From: Gemmatimonadota bacterium
GTDB lineage: Bacteria > Gemmatimonadota > Gemmatimonadetes > Palauibacterales > Palauibacteraceae
Direction of reading: 5' to 3'
Assembly (NCBI GenBank): GCA_039584255.1
Contig: JBDGYE010000005.1
Location: 1,869 to 65,868, forward strand
DNA: 64,000 nt
Part shown: positions 25,955-35,259 of the stretch, piece by piece
How positions within the stretch are numbered: position 1 is the stretch's first letter
Layout of the letters: each line of letters opens with the position of its first letter
The notes under the pieces: model-generated
Told to the model about the DNA's origin: nothing
Database searches by the model: none
What the model saw: the letters and a program-made list of their open reading frames with translations, nothing else
Translations under genes and position numbers: made by a program

Positions 25955-27321
25955 GAGATCACCTCCTCGGCCAGCAGCGCCTCAGTCGTCAGCCCGGTCT
26001 CGGCTCGGGCCTCCGGGCTGATCAGCACGCCGGACACGTACGGCTTGTCCTTCAGGTACGTGCCGACGAAGCGGGCGATGTCGTCCCGCGTCACCTGCTG
26101 GATGTTGTCTATGTAGTCCTTGTAATAGTCGATTCCGGCCACGGCCCACCAGAAACCGACGGTATGAGCGATCTGGCTGCTGCTCTCGCGGCTGTATGTC
26201 TCGTTGATCGCCATCTGGGCCTTCGCCGAGGACATGTCCTCATCGCTGAAGTAGTCGGGGTCGTCCAGACGCGCGATCTCCTCGTGGATGGCCCGGTGCA
26301 GGCCAACGACGTTCTCCGGCGTGGTCTGGGCGAACACCGAGATCGGCCCGACGTGGGAAAGGGTGTAATAGCTGAAGTTGACACCGACTCCGAGCCCGCT
26401 GTCGACCAGCGCCTTCTGAAACGGGCTGCCCTGTCGGTTCAGCATGTAGATCATGAGGTCGGCGGCATAGGTGGCCCCGGGATCCTCGTCCACGCTCGGG
26501 CCGTGCCACTGGACCATGGCGGCCGTTGCCTGGACCGGCAGCTCCACGATCACCGCGTCCGCCCTCTCGAGCGCCGGCGGGTCACCCACGGGCTCGGCGA
26601 ACGGGTCGGGGCCGCGGGCCCAGTCGCCGAACACCTGCTCGGCCAGCCGGAAGCCCTCCTCCGGGGTGATGTCGCCGGAGAGAATGAGCGCCGAGTTGTT
26701 CGGCACGTAGTACCTCTCCTGGACGGCGAACATCTTCTCCTGGGTCGCGGTGCTGATGATCTCGCGATCTCCGATGACGTTCTTCCGCGAGAAATACTCG
26801 GGCGACCACGTCTTCTCGCCGACCGCCTGGAACAGGTGAAAGAACGGGCTCGCCTCGTTGCGGTCGTACTCACCGAGGACGACCGGCCGTTCCCGCTCCA
26901 GCTCGTCCTGGAGGAAGAGCGGGTACCGGATCGCGTCCTCCATGAACTCCAGGCCCGCCCGCAGGCTGTCCACGCCCAGCGTGAAGTAGTAATTCACCCG
27001 CTCCTCGCTCGTGGTCCCGTTGAACACGGCTCCGAGCTGGCGGACGCGCGCCATATACGATTCCTGGTCTGGAATCGTGCGGTTCGCCTTGAAGAACATG
27101 TGCTCGTAGAGGTGAGAAAGTCCGTCGTACTCCGGGCTCTCGGTGTAGGCGCCGTTCCGCACGTCCATCTCGACGGTCACGAGGGGGACCGAGTGGTTCT
27201 CGATCACGATCACCTCGAGTCCGTTGTCGAGTACGGTGGTCGCGATGTCCTGAGCCGCCAGCGGCGCGGCCAGGTACGCGACTGCGAGACAGACGCCTCC
27301 GGCTAGTGTCCAGAAGCGCAT
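25951..27321 (-). CDS. M16 family zinc peptidase (pitrilysin/insulinase-like), catalytic subunit
   Basis: Signal peptide MRFWTLAGGVCLAVAYLAAPLAAQD. The inverted zinc motif HLYEHMFFK (HxxEH) is present, with ...E...NAYT downstream. Confidence 0.85.
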   Translation of the reverse strand: MRFWTLAGGVCLAVAYLAAPLAAQDIATTVLDNGLEVIVIENHSVPLVTVEMDVRNGAYTESPEYDGLSHLYEHMFFKANRTIPDQESYMARVRQLGAVFNGTTSEERVNYYFTLGVDSLRAGLEFMEDAIRYPLFLQDELERERPVVLGEYDRNEASPFFHLFQAVGEKTWSPEYFSRKNVIGDREIISTATQEKMFAVQERYYVPNNSALILSGDITPEEGFRLAEQVFGDWARGPDPFAEPVGDPPALERADAVIVELPVQATAAMVQWHGPSVDEDPGATYAADLMIYMLNRQGSPFQKALVDSGLGVGVNFSYYTLSHVGPISVFAQTTPENVVGLHRAIHEEIARLDDPDYFSDEDMSSAKAQMAINETYSRESSSQIAHTVGFWWAVAGIDYYKDYIDNIQQVTRDDIARFVGTYLKDKPYVSGVLISPEARAETGLTTEALLAEEVIS

Positions 27322-27477
27322 CGATATACCTCCGGTTATGAATTAGAGACTCCGACGGGGGGGTGTCCGCCGCCTCCTCCACACCCCATGAGATTCGGGG
27401 TTCGCGCGCCAAAAGTCAAAAGAACGAAGCACCGAATACTGTCGTGGGCCGGCGAGAGACGGAACCGGCCTGCCGCT

Positions 27478-28056
27478 CTAGTAATACGGGTTCACGCCCG
27501 CCTCGTGGTTGGTCACGTCGACGATGTCCTCGATCTCCGGCACGGTCTCCACGAGTATCCGCCTGATGCCCTGGGCCAGCGTCACCGCCGCCATTCCACA
27601 TCCCTGACAGCCGCCCTGCATCTCTAGATAGACGACGTTGCCGCGGACCTCGATCAGGGTCACGGCACCTCCATGGCCGGCGATCGCCGGATTGATCTGA
27701 TAGTCGATCACCTGGCGAACCCGATCCGCGAGCGGGCCCTCGGCCGTACTCTCGCCAATCGGCCTGATGTTGGGGTTCTCGATCTTGAAGCCCCCTCCCT
27801 GAATCGTCTCGACCCAGTCCACCGTGGAACCGCCGAGCAGCTCGGCGCTGTCGGGATCCACGACGACCTGGAACTCGCCCAGGTCGAAGACGATGTCATC
27901 TTCCTCCCGCTCCGATTGGTCGATCAGAGACAGATCATACCGTGGCGCCAGGGGGCTCGAGTCGAGCAACCGTATGCGGACGGCCAGCGGCTCGTCCTCC
28001 AGCTCCATGAACGCCCGGACATGCTCGCGGGCCTCATCTGTGAAAGTGACCACCAT
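27478..28056 (-). CDS. nfuA: Fe-S biogenesis protein NfuA-like (A-type carrier-like N-domain + Nfu domain)
   Basis: The start is at MVVTFTDEAREHVRAF (28056), with a HesB/IscA-like N-terminus. The C-terminal Nfu domain is ...GHGGAVTLIEVRGNVVYLEMQGGCQGCGMAAVTL, containing the CxxC. Confidence 0.7.
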   Translation of the reverse strand: MVVTFTDEAREHVRAFMELEDEPLAVRIRLLDSSPLAPRYDLSLIDQSEREEDDIVFDLGEFQVVVDPDSAELLGGSTVDWVETIQGGGFKIENPNIRPIGESTAEGPLADRVRQVIDYQINPAIAGHGGAVTLIEVRGNVVYLEMQGGCQGCGMAAVTLAQGIRRILVETVPEIEDIVDVTNHEAGVNPYY

Positions 28057-28067
28057 CCGTTTCCTTC

Positions 28068-28979
28068 CTAGTCGCCCAGCGCCGCCCGGACCACAAACAG
28101 CAGGTTCGCGGGGCGCTCCGCCATGCGGCGCATGAAATACGAGTACCACTGCGATCCGTACGGCAGGTAGATCCGCATGTTCAGCCCGTTGTGCACGAGC
28201 CGTTTCTGGTAATCCCGCCGCACGCCGTACAGCATCTGGAGCTCGAACGCGTCGTCGGGTATCCCTCTCCTTTGAGCGTGCTCCAGGGTGGCATCGATCA
28301 TCCGCTCGTCGTGTGTGGCGATGGCCGTCGGAGAGCCTCCGTCGAGCAACATCCGCATGAGGCGCACGAAGTTGTCGTCCACGTCCTTCTTCGACTGGAA
28401 GGCTACCGATTCATGCTCCGCGTACGCTCCCTTGCACAGCCGCACCGGGGCGCCCAGGCGCACCAGCTCGGAGATATCGTCCTCGCTTCTGTACAGATAA
28501 GACTGAATGACGATCCCTACGTTCCTGTACTCGGCGAACACCTTGTAGAAGATGTCGAGCGTCGGCCCGGTATGTTCCGAGCTCTCCATGTCTATCCGCA
28601 CGAAGTTGTCGAGCTCGGCGGCCCGCCGGACGATGCCCAGCAGGTTCTCGCGGCAGAAGTCGGGGTCGATTTCGAGCCCGAGCTGGGTGAGCTTCAGCGA
28701 GATGGTCGAAACGGCGTCGCTGGCGCAGATCTCCTCGAGGCTCTCGCGGTACTCGCTGGCGGCCCGTTCGGCGGTGGAGCGATCGGACACGCTCTCTCCG
28801 AGCAGGTCGAGGGTCACCCGGAAACCCTCTTCGTTCAGCCTCTTCGCGGCGGCCAGCGCCTCGTCCGAAGTGTCGCCGGCGACGAATCGGCCCGACATCT
28901 GGCGAGCGAAGGGGAGTCGAATGAGCACGTTCTTGAGATCGTCGTGCTCGCTGAGGAAGAGCAGAGTGTGCCTAAGCAT
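28068..28979 (-). CDS. proline dehydrogenase (PRODH, monofunctional PutA-like)
   Basis: MLRHTLLFLSEHDDLKNVLIRLPFARQMSGRFVAGDT...RIDMESSEHTG...IVIQSYLYRSEDD...LCKGAY... is the typical PRODH β8α8 barrel signature. Confidence 0.8.
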   Translation of the reverse strand: MLRHTLLFLSEHDDLKNVLIRLPFARQMSGRFVAGDTSDEALAAAKRLNEEGFRVTLDLLGESVSDRSTAERAASEYRESLEEICASDAVSTISLKLTQLGLEIDPDFCRENLLGIVRRAAELDNFVRIDMESSEHTGPTLDIFYKVFAEYRNVGIVIQSYLYRSEDDISELVRLGAPVRLCKGAYAEHESVAFQSKKDVDDNFVRLMRMLLDGGSPTAIATHDERMIDATLEHAQRRGIPDDAFELQMLYGVRRDYQKRLVHNGLNMRIYLPYGSQWYSYFMRRMAERPANLLFVVRAALGD

Positions 28980-29547
28980 CCGCCTTTTCTTGTAGTGACA
29001 GTTGGGCCTTGAACTCGTCCACACCGTACAGGGTGAGGACCCGGTGTCCCTCCGCCTCGATCGTCTCCCGGCCCCCCTCCTGCCGGTCGACAGCCGCCAG
29101 CACCGCCAGGACCATGCCGTTCTCCTCGCGCACCGCCTCGCACGCCTGCAGGGCGGATCCGCCCGTAGTGATGACGTCCTCCACGACCACCGCCCGGGCC
29201 CCGGCCTCGAAACATCCTTCGATCCGGCGTCCTGTGCCGTGGCGCTTGGGCCGCTTGCGAACCGAGAAGGCGTGGATAGGCGTGCCGCGTCTATGGCTCT
29301 CGCCGGCGATGGCGTAGGCCAGGGGGTCGGCTCCCATTGTCAGGCCACCGATCACGTCCGGCTGCAGCCCCGCTTCCTCGAGCTTGTCGAGGCCGACCAC
29401 GCCCAGGAGGGCGTGTCCCTCGGCATGCATGGTCGTCGTCCGGCAGTCGACATAGAACTCGCTGTGCCGCCCCGACGTCAGAACGAAATCTCCGATGCGG
29501 AACGAGCGTTCGACGAACAGGCTCAAGAGCCTCTCTCGCGGAGTCAT
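28972..29547 (-). CDS. pyrE: orotate phosphoribosyltransferase
   Basis: MTPRERLLSLFVERSFRIGDFVLTSGRHSEFYVDCR...VVVEDVITTGGSALQA contains the PRPP-binding motif. Confidence 0.85.
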   Translation of the reverse strand: MTPRERLLSLFVERSFRIGDFVLTSGRHSEFYVDCRTTTMHAEGHALLGVVGLDKLEEAGLQPDVIGGLTMGADPLAYAIAGESHRRGTPIHAFSVRKRPKRHGTGRRIEGCFEAGARAVVVEDVITTGGSALQACEAVREENGMVLAVLAAVDRQEGGRETIEAEGHRVLTLYGVDEFKAQLSLQEKADA

Positions 29548-29572
29548 TGGAAACCCGTGGGTTGGAGGTGCT

Positions 29573-30025
29573 TCAGTCGTTCCGGTACGCCTCGCGTGTC
29601 TCCCGGCAAGCCTCCTGCTCGCCGCAGGTGCCGAAGATCTTGATCTGCCTCGTAATCGCCTCGAAGCCCAGAGAATCTGCGACTTCCGCTAGGATCCGCT
29701 CCAGCCCCGGATGCTGGAACTGGACTACCTGTCCGCAGGCCGTGCAGATCAGGTGGTCGTGGTGCGCCGCTCCCACCTGCAGCTGATACCGCTTGAAGCC
29801 CTCGTCGAAATCGTGCTCCGTGGCCAATCCCAGTTCGACGAGGAGGGCGAGCGTACGGTAAACGGTAGCCTTTCCGATATGCTCCCCGCGTCCGCGCAGC
29901 TCTTCGGCGACGTCGTCGGCCGAGAGATGACGGGTCGATTCGAACAAGACCTGTGCTATGGCCTCGCGCTGATGCGTGAACGGGAGCTCCCGCTCGCGCA
30001 GCTCGCCACGGAGCACTTCCATCAT
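29573..30025 (-). CDS. Fur family transcriptional regulator (Fur/Zur/PerR)
   Basis: ...REAIAQVLFESTRHLSADDVAEELRGRGEHIGKATVYRTLALLVELGL... is the wHTH. The metal sites are HHDHLICTACGQVVQF...C(x)C. The start is taken at MMEVL. Confidence 0.8.
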   Translation of the reverse strand: MMEVLRGELRERELPFTHQREAIAQVLFESTRHLSADDVAEELRGRGEHIGKATVYRTLALLVELGLATEHDFDEGFKRYQLQVGAAHHDHLICTACGQVVQFQHPGLERILAEVADSLGFEAITRQIKIFGTCGEQEACRETREAYRND

Positions 30026-30219
30026 GACCGCCGCGCATCCCAGAGGCGGGCGGGTGGACACGATCGTCGAAGGACTTTGCATGATCTGAACAGCGCGGAT
30101 TCGTAAGGTCTAGAGAGCGTGCGGCGGGCCCGGAGCGACCCCGCGCGCGGACATTCTCAATCGATTGAGAATATATCCTCGTTGAGGCTGGTTCTCAATG
30201 AGGGCAGTTGGCCGCCCGC

Positions 30220-31656
30220 TCAGCCTTTGACCACTCCGATCGGCCGCAGCTTTACGACGGGCCGCCCGATGCCTGCGGAGGCCACCACACGCACCACGTC
30301 CTCGACGTCCTTGTAGGCCTCGGGGACCTCCTCGGCGACGGTCCGGTCCTTGGCGGAGCGGATCTCGATACCCCGCCGGTGGAACTCTTGCTTGATGTTC
30401 CTGCCGTGCATGCTCTTTCGCGCCTTCGTGCGGCTCATCCTTCGGCCGGCGCCATGGCAGCTCGAGCCCAGCGCCTCGTCGAATCCGGCCTCCGTGGCGA
30501 CGGCGACGAACGAGTACCGGCCCATGTCGCCGGGGACGAGGACCGGCTGGCCCGTAGCGCGGTAGCGTGGCGGAAGCTCTTCGTGGCCGGCGGGAAAGGC
30601 GCGCGTGGCCCCCTTGCGGTGCACGCAGACTTCCCGCCGCTCGCCCTCGAACGTGTGCTCCTCGAACTTCGCGATGTTGTGGCATACGTCGTAGACGGTG
30701 CGCATTCCTGCTGCCACGGACTCGCCGAACACCCTCCCGAAAACCTCGCGCGCCCGCGCGGTAAGCATCTGCCGGTTCCCAAAGGCGAAGTTGGCGGCGG
30801 CGTTCATTCCCCCCAGGTACCACTGCCCTTCGGGTGAGGGAATGGGAGCACAGCAGAGCTGCCGGTCCGGGAGTTTGATCCCGTACTTGGCCGCCGCGTC
30901 GAGCATCGTCTCGAGCGAGTCGTCGCACACCTGGTACCCCAGTCCGCGAGAGCCGCAGTGAATCATGAACGCCACGGATCCGGGCTCCAGGCCGAAGGCC
31001 GACGCTGTATCGGGGTCGTGCACCTCCTCCACGACCTGAATCTCGGCGAAGTGGTTGCCGGAGCCGAGGGTGCCGAGCTGGTCGCGGCCGCGCTTCCGGG
31101 CACGCTCCGAAAGGGCTTCGGGATCTGCGCCGGGGAGGCGGCCACGGCTCTCGATCGCCTCCAGGTCGTCCTCGTTGCCCAGTCCCCGCGCGACGACCCA
31201 ACCCGCTCCCTCGGCGAGGACTCCTCTGAGGTCGGCGGGCTTGAGAACGAAGTCGGTCCGCCGCGACCCGACCCCGCTCGGAAGATCGCGGAACAGGCGG
31301 TCCATGAGCGTGTCCAGCCTCGACCGGACCTCAGCCTCGGTCAGGTCGGATCGGAGCAGCCTCACGCCGCAGTTGATGTCGTAGCCGACACCGCCGGGCG
31401 AGATGACGCCGTCCTCGACGTCGAAGGCGGCCACACCCCCGATCGGAAAACCGTATCCCCAGTGAATGTCGGGCATGGCGAGGGATTTCCCGACGATACC
31501 CGGAAGGCAGGCCACGTTCGCCACCTGCTCCAGGGCCTTGTCGTGGCGCAGGGTCTCCATAAGCCGGTCGTCGGCGAACACGAGGCCGTCCGTCAGCATG
31601 TCGCCGGAGCGGGGAATGAGCCACCGGGAGTCGTCGAGCCTCTCGAGAGTTACCAT
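30220..31656 (-). CDS. rtcB: RtcB family RNA ligase
   Basis: MVTLERLDDSRWLIPRSGDM...LPGIVGKSLAMPDIHWGYGFPIGG...GYDINCGVRL...GSGNHFAEIQVV...HCGSRGLG...SSCHGAGR carries all the RtcB metal/GTP site motifs. The true start is 31656; the track N-terminal 100 aa is read-through. Confidence 0.9.
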   Translation of the reverse strand: MVTLERLDDSRWLIPRSGDMLTDGLVFADDRLMETLRHDKALEQVANVACLPGIVGKSLAMPDIHWGYGFPIGGVAAFDVEDGVISPGGVGYDINCGVRLLRSDLTEAEVRSRLDTLMDRLFRDLPSGVGSRRTDFVLKPADLRGVLAEGAGWVVARGLGNEDDLEAIESRGRLPGADPEALSERARKRGRDQLGTLGSGNHFAEIQVVEEVHDPDTASAFGLEPGSVAFMIHCGSRGLGYQVCDDSLETMLDAAAKYGIKLPDRQLCCAPIPSPEGQWYLGGMNAAANFAFGNRQMLTARAREVFGRVFGESVAAGMRTVYDVCHNIAKFEEHTFEGERREVCVHRKGATRAFPAGHEELPPRYRATGQPVLVPGDMGRYSFVAVATEAGFDEALGSSCHGAGRRMSRTKARKSMHGRNIKQEFHRRGIEIRSAKDRTVAEEVPEAYKDVEDVVRVVASAGIGRPVVKLRPIGVVKG

Positions 31657-31718
31657 GGTCTGCCGCCTCCTCACCAGAGCCTCGCCGGCGGCACGGGAGC
31701 GCCGCTGGCCGGTGCCCG

Positions 31719-32162
31719 TCAGACGTCGAATAATACCCGGGCGCACCACATGTCGCCGCGCCGCTCCACGCGGAGCCCGTGATAGGTGACCGCCTTTACC
31801 TCGCGGGTCGGTCCCTCTCCGGAGGTCCAGCGTACGCGCGCCGTGAGGCCGAAGCGTCCGCCTTGCGCCGAGGGAACGTGGGTCCCGACGGACAGGCCTT
31901 CGAAGAAGGGCGTTGCCCGCTCCACCTGTGCGGTCACGAGCAGCTCGCGCAGCCACGCCACCAGCAGCCGCTCGAGGTCGGGGCGCTCGAGCACGATCTC
32001 CTCGGCCTCACCTGAGCCTCGCGCCTCAGCGTCAAGTAGCCCCAGGGCCTGGGTCAGCCCGAGTCCCGCCAGCTCGAAGAGCTCATCGAGCGAGTGGGCC
32101 TCGATCTCGAAGCCGACGTCGGCGTCGTGCTCGAACTCACGCAGAGTGGATCGCCTGCTCAC
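31719..32162 (-). CDS. archease (RtcB activator)
   Basis: MSRRSTLREFEHDADVGFEIEAHSLDELFELAG...REVKAVTYHGLRVERRGDMWCARVLFDV is the archease fold signature. It sits directly upstream of rtcB. Confidence 0.8.
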   Translation of the reverse strand: MSRRSTLREFEHDADVGFEIEAHSLDELFELAGLGLTQALGLLDAEARGSGEAEEIVLERPDLERLLVAWLRELLVTAQVERATPFFEGLSVGTHVPSAQGGRFGLTARVRWTSGEGPTREVKAVTYHGLRVERRGDMWCARVLFDV

Positions 32163-32302
32163 CTCGGAGTGTACCCTCCATCGATGCGCCGCGGTCCCGG
32201 TGCGGCCGTTCGTTCAGCGGGTTGCGACCCTGCCCGGTGAGCACATCTTGCGGTCTGACGGACTTCGATCTTCACCCTTTACTCTACCCGACGAAAGCTG
32301 CC

Positions 32303-32833
32303 ATGATCAACGCTATGTCTCTGCTCCTAGGCTGCGTGACCCTCATTGCGTCGATCTGTCTCACGGGCTGCGACGGTGCGGCCGGCGGATCGTCCTCGGG
32401 CGGCTCCACGACAGCGACCGCTGGAACCGCGGATCAGGAGCCCGCGGGCACCCAACCTCGGCTGGGCGCTGACGGGCAACTAGTGCGGACGACGCAGATA
32501 CGGCTCGGAGGGATCGCGGTGACGGCCGAGATCGCCGACACCCCGGAGCTGCGCCAGCGTGGCCTCATGTACCGTGACTCGCTTCCCGACGACTATGGCA
32601 TGTTTTTCGTATATCCCGATGAGACGGTCCGCTCCTTCTGGATGCGGAACGTGAAGATCCCGCTCGACATAGCGTTCATCGACCGCTCCGGCCACATCAT
32701 CAGCATCGAGCAGATGGAGCCCCAGGACGACATGAACTACTACTCCCAGGGACCCATGATGTATGCGCTCGAGATGCGGCTGAACTGGTTCACCGACAAC
32801 GGCATCGAGCCGGGAGCACGCATAGAGTTCTGA
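32303..32833 (+). CDS. DUF192 domain lipoprotein
   Basis: The start is at MINAMSLLLGCVTLIASICLTGC (lipobox). The DUF192 core is ...IAVTAEIADTPELRQRGLMYRDSLPDDYGMFFVYPDETVRSFWMRNVKIPLDIAFID... Confidence 0.65.
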   Translation: MINAMSLLLGCVTLIASICLTGCDGAAGGSSSGGSTTATAGTADQEPAGTQPRLGADGQLVRTTQIRLGGIAVTAEIADTPELRQRGLMYRDSLPDDYGMFFVYPDETVRSFWMRNVKIPLDIAFIDRSGHIISIEQMEPQDDMNYYSQGPMMYALEMRLNWFTDNGIEPGARIEF

Positions 32834-32845
32834 GCAAAGGCGGGT

Positions 32846-34249
32846 ATGACCATGTCGCAGCACCGAGAGGAACGGGACTCGATGGGTCCCGTCAGAATCC
32901 CGGCTGAAATGCTCTACGGCGCGCAGACCGAGCGCGCTCGCCAGAATTTCCCGATCAGCAAGCTCCGCTTCGACCGGCGCTTCCTGTACGCGCTGGCGGC
33001 GATCAAGCGAGCGGCGGCCGAGGTGAACGAGGAGCTTGGCCTTCTCGACTCCGAGCGAGCCGATGCGATAAAGCAGGCCGCGCAGGAGATGATGGACGGG
33101 GAGCTCGACGAGAACTTCGTCCTCGACATCTTCCAGACCGGCTCCGGCACCTCGACCAACATGAACGCCAACGAGGTGCTGGCGAACCGGGCGATCCAGA
33201 TCCTCGGGGGCGAGGTCGGCTCGAAGAGCCCCGTCCATCCGAACGATCACGTCAACATGGGCCAGTCCAGCAACGACGTGATTCCCACCGCCGTCCACGT
33301 CTCGGCGCTGGTGGCCGTCGAGAACGAGCTGATCCCCGCGCTCCGCTACCTTCAGGAAGCCCTCGAGGTCAAGCGCGACGAATTCGACGATGTCTACAAG
33401 GCGGGGCGCACGCACCTGCAGGACGCCACCCCGATCCGCCTGGGTCAGGAGTTCGGCGGCTACGCCAGCCAGGTCGAGCACGGCGTCCGCCGTGTGGAGA
33501 TGGCCCGCGAGTCCCTGCGCGAGCTGGCGATCGGCGGCACGGCCGTGGGCACGGGGATCAACACGCACCCCGAGTTCGGGCGGCGCATGGCCGAGCGCAT
33601 CAGCGCGATCACCGGGGTCGACTTCCTCGAGGCCGATGACCACTTCGAGGCGCAGTCGGCACGTGACGCAACGGTCGAGGCGAGCGGTATGCTCAAGGTG
33701 GTGGCCTGCAGCCTCATGAAGATCGCCAACGATATCAGGTGGCTGGCGTGCGGTCCGCGTACGGGAATCGGCGAGCTCAACCTTCCGGAGCTCCAGCCGG
33801 GTTCCTCCATCATGCCGGGGAAGGTGAATCCGGTGATGTCGGAGATGGTGACGATGGTGGCGGCGCAGGTGATCGGGAACGACGCGGCGATCACGATCGG
33901 CGGCGAGCGCGGCAATTTCGAGCTGAACGTCATGATCCCGATCATGATCCACAATCTGCTGGAGTCGATAGAGATCCTTTCGACGGGCAGCCGCACCTTC
34001 GCCGACCGTTGCGTGACGGGGATCACCGCAAACGTAGAGCGCTGCCAGCGTAACGCCGAGTCGACGGGCGCGCTGTCGACGGCGCTCGCGCCGCACATCG
34101 GCTACGACAAGGCGGCCGAGGTGGCGAAGAAGTCGCTCAAGGAGGACAAGACGCTGCGCGAGGTCGTGCGGGAGATGGACCTGATGAGCGACGAGGAACT
34201 CGACGAGATCATAGACTTCGCCAGAATGACGGCTCCGAACGTTAGCTGA
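32846..34249 (+). CDS. fumC: class II fumarate hydratase
   Basis: FQTGSGTSTNMNANEV...VHPNDHVNMGQSSND...GSSIMPGKVNP is the lyase-1 SS-loop signature. The C-terminus ...APHIGYDKAAEVAKKSLKEDKTLREV... matches fumC better than aspA (QTGSGT rather than QGGAGT). Confidence 0.85.
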   Translation: MTMSQHREERDSMGPVRIPAEMLYGAQTERARQNFPISKLRFDRRFLYALAAIKRAAAEVNEELGLLDSERADAIKQAAQEMMDGELDENFVLDIFQTGSGTSTNMNANEVLANRAIQILGGEVGSKSPVHPNDHVNMGQSSNDVIPTAVHVSALVAVENELIPALRYLQEALEVKRDEFDDVYKAGRTHLQDATPIRLGQEFGGYASQVEHGVRRVEMARESLRELAIGGTAVGTGINTHPEFGRRMAERISAITGVDFLEADDHFEAQSARDATVEASGMLKVVACSLMKIANDIRWLACGPRTGIGELNLPELQPGSSIMPGKVNPVMSEMVTMVAAQVIGNDAAITIGGERGNFELNVMIPIMIHNLLESIEILSTGSRTFADRCVTGITANVERCQRNAESTGALSTALAPHIGYDKAAEVAKKSLKEDKTLREVVREMDLMSDEELDEIIDFARMTAPNVS

Positions 34250-34323
34250 GGAGACGGCGGGTTCGGTCCCGCGACCACCACTCCTCGGCGCGGATGAACT
34301 CGCGGCGGCCCTGCTTTACCGGG

Positions 34324-35259
34324 CTATTCGCCCAGCAGCTCTTCCCGCTCCGGCAGCAGTTGCCTGGTGAGAGACACGCTCAACGTGTACATCAGCGGGC
34401 GGTCCGCCCGCCGGACAAGGAAGTTGGGAGGCTCGTCCGGAAGCACGAAGAGGAGCGACAGCACGGGAATCGCTCTTGTGGTGCCGGGCTGGGTCTCGAA
34501 AATGTCCAGAACGGCGAAAGGCCGGTCGAAGTCTGCCGCCAGGATCTGCGAATCGGAAGGGAACCCCGAGGCACGCAAGTCGGCGACCGTCTCCAGCACC
34601 CGGCCGGCGAGGGCCGAATCCGCCGGCGCTCCGTCGACGCTCCAACGTGCGAGCGAGTCCGCTCGCGTGCGCGATACGCTCAGCTCATCCGAGTCGCGGC
34701 GGATGCGGTACCACGCCACGGCAGCGGTGTCCACGGAGGCGATGGCTCGATCCCGCCAGTCGTCCAGTCCGCGGTCGAACCACCGGACCGCTTCGGCGGC
34801 CACCACGTAGACCTCCGGTGAATCGGGCAGCCGGACGTACCGGCCCTCCCGGCCCGAGTCGCCCAGGTAGAACTGGAGAACGGGCTCTTCGGGGAGGCCG
34901 ACCCCCACCAGGCGCGAAGCACCCTCGGCGACCCCGAGTCGTTCGTGGTTCGATATGCTGCGCGCGACCAGACGACCGGTGCGCGCCGTGTCCAGGTCCG
35001 CCAGCGCCTGCCGAATGATCGCCGTGTCGGCGGGATAGCCGTTGACCGTCCAGACGCCGTCCTTCAGCTGCAGCCGGATCGAGTCGGCCGGCTCCGCGGT
35101 GGTGATGCGAACGAGGTCGGCGGTGGTGTCCACGTAGGCACCGATGTCGGGCCCCCCGGCCGCCGGCCGCTCCGTGGAACCGACCACCTGAAGGCCCAGG
35201 TAGATGAGCAACAGGACGCCCAGGGACCCGAAGATGATGCCCAGATGACGCCGGCTCAC
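34324..35259 (-). CDS. DUF4340 domain protein (GldG-associated)
   Basis: N-terminal TM anchor. It is the last gene of the ABC-2/GldG operon and overlaps the GldG stop by ATGA, typical of DUF4340 partners of GldG. Confidence 0.55.
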   Translation of the reverse strand: MSRRHLGIIFGSLGVLLLIYLGLQVVGSTERPAAGGPDIGAYVDTTADLVRITTAEPADSIRLQLKDGVWTVNGYPADTAIIRQALADLDTARTGRLVARSISNHERLGVAEGASRLVGVGLPEEPVLQFYLGDSGREGRYVRLPDSPEVYVVAAEAVRWFDRGLDDWRDRAIASVDTAAVAWYRIRRDSDELSVSRTRADSLARWSVDGAPADSALAGRVLETVADLRASGFPSDSQILAADFDRPFAVLDIFETQPGTTRAIPVLSLLFVLPDEPPNFLVRRADRPLMYTLSVSLTRQLLPEREELLGE

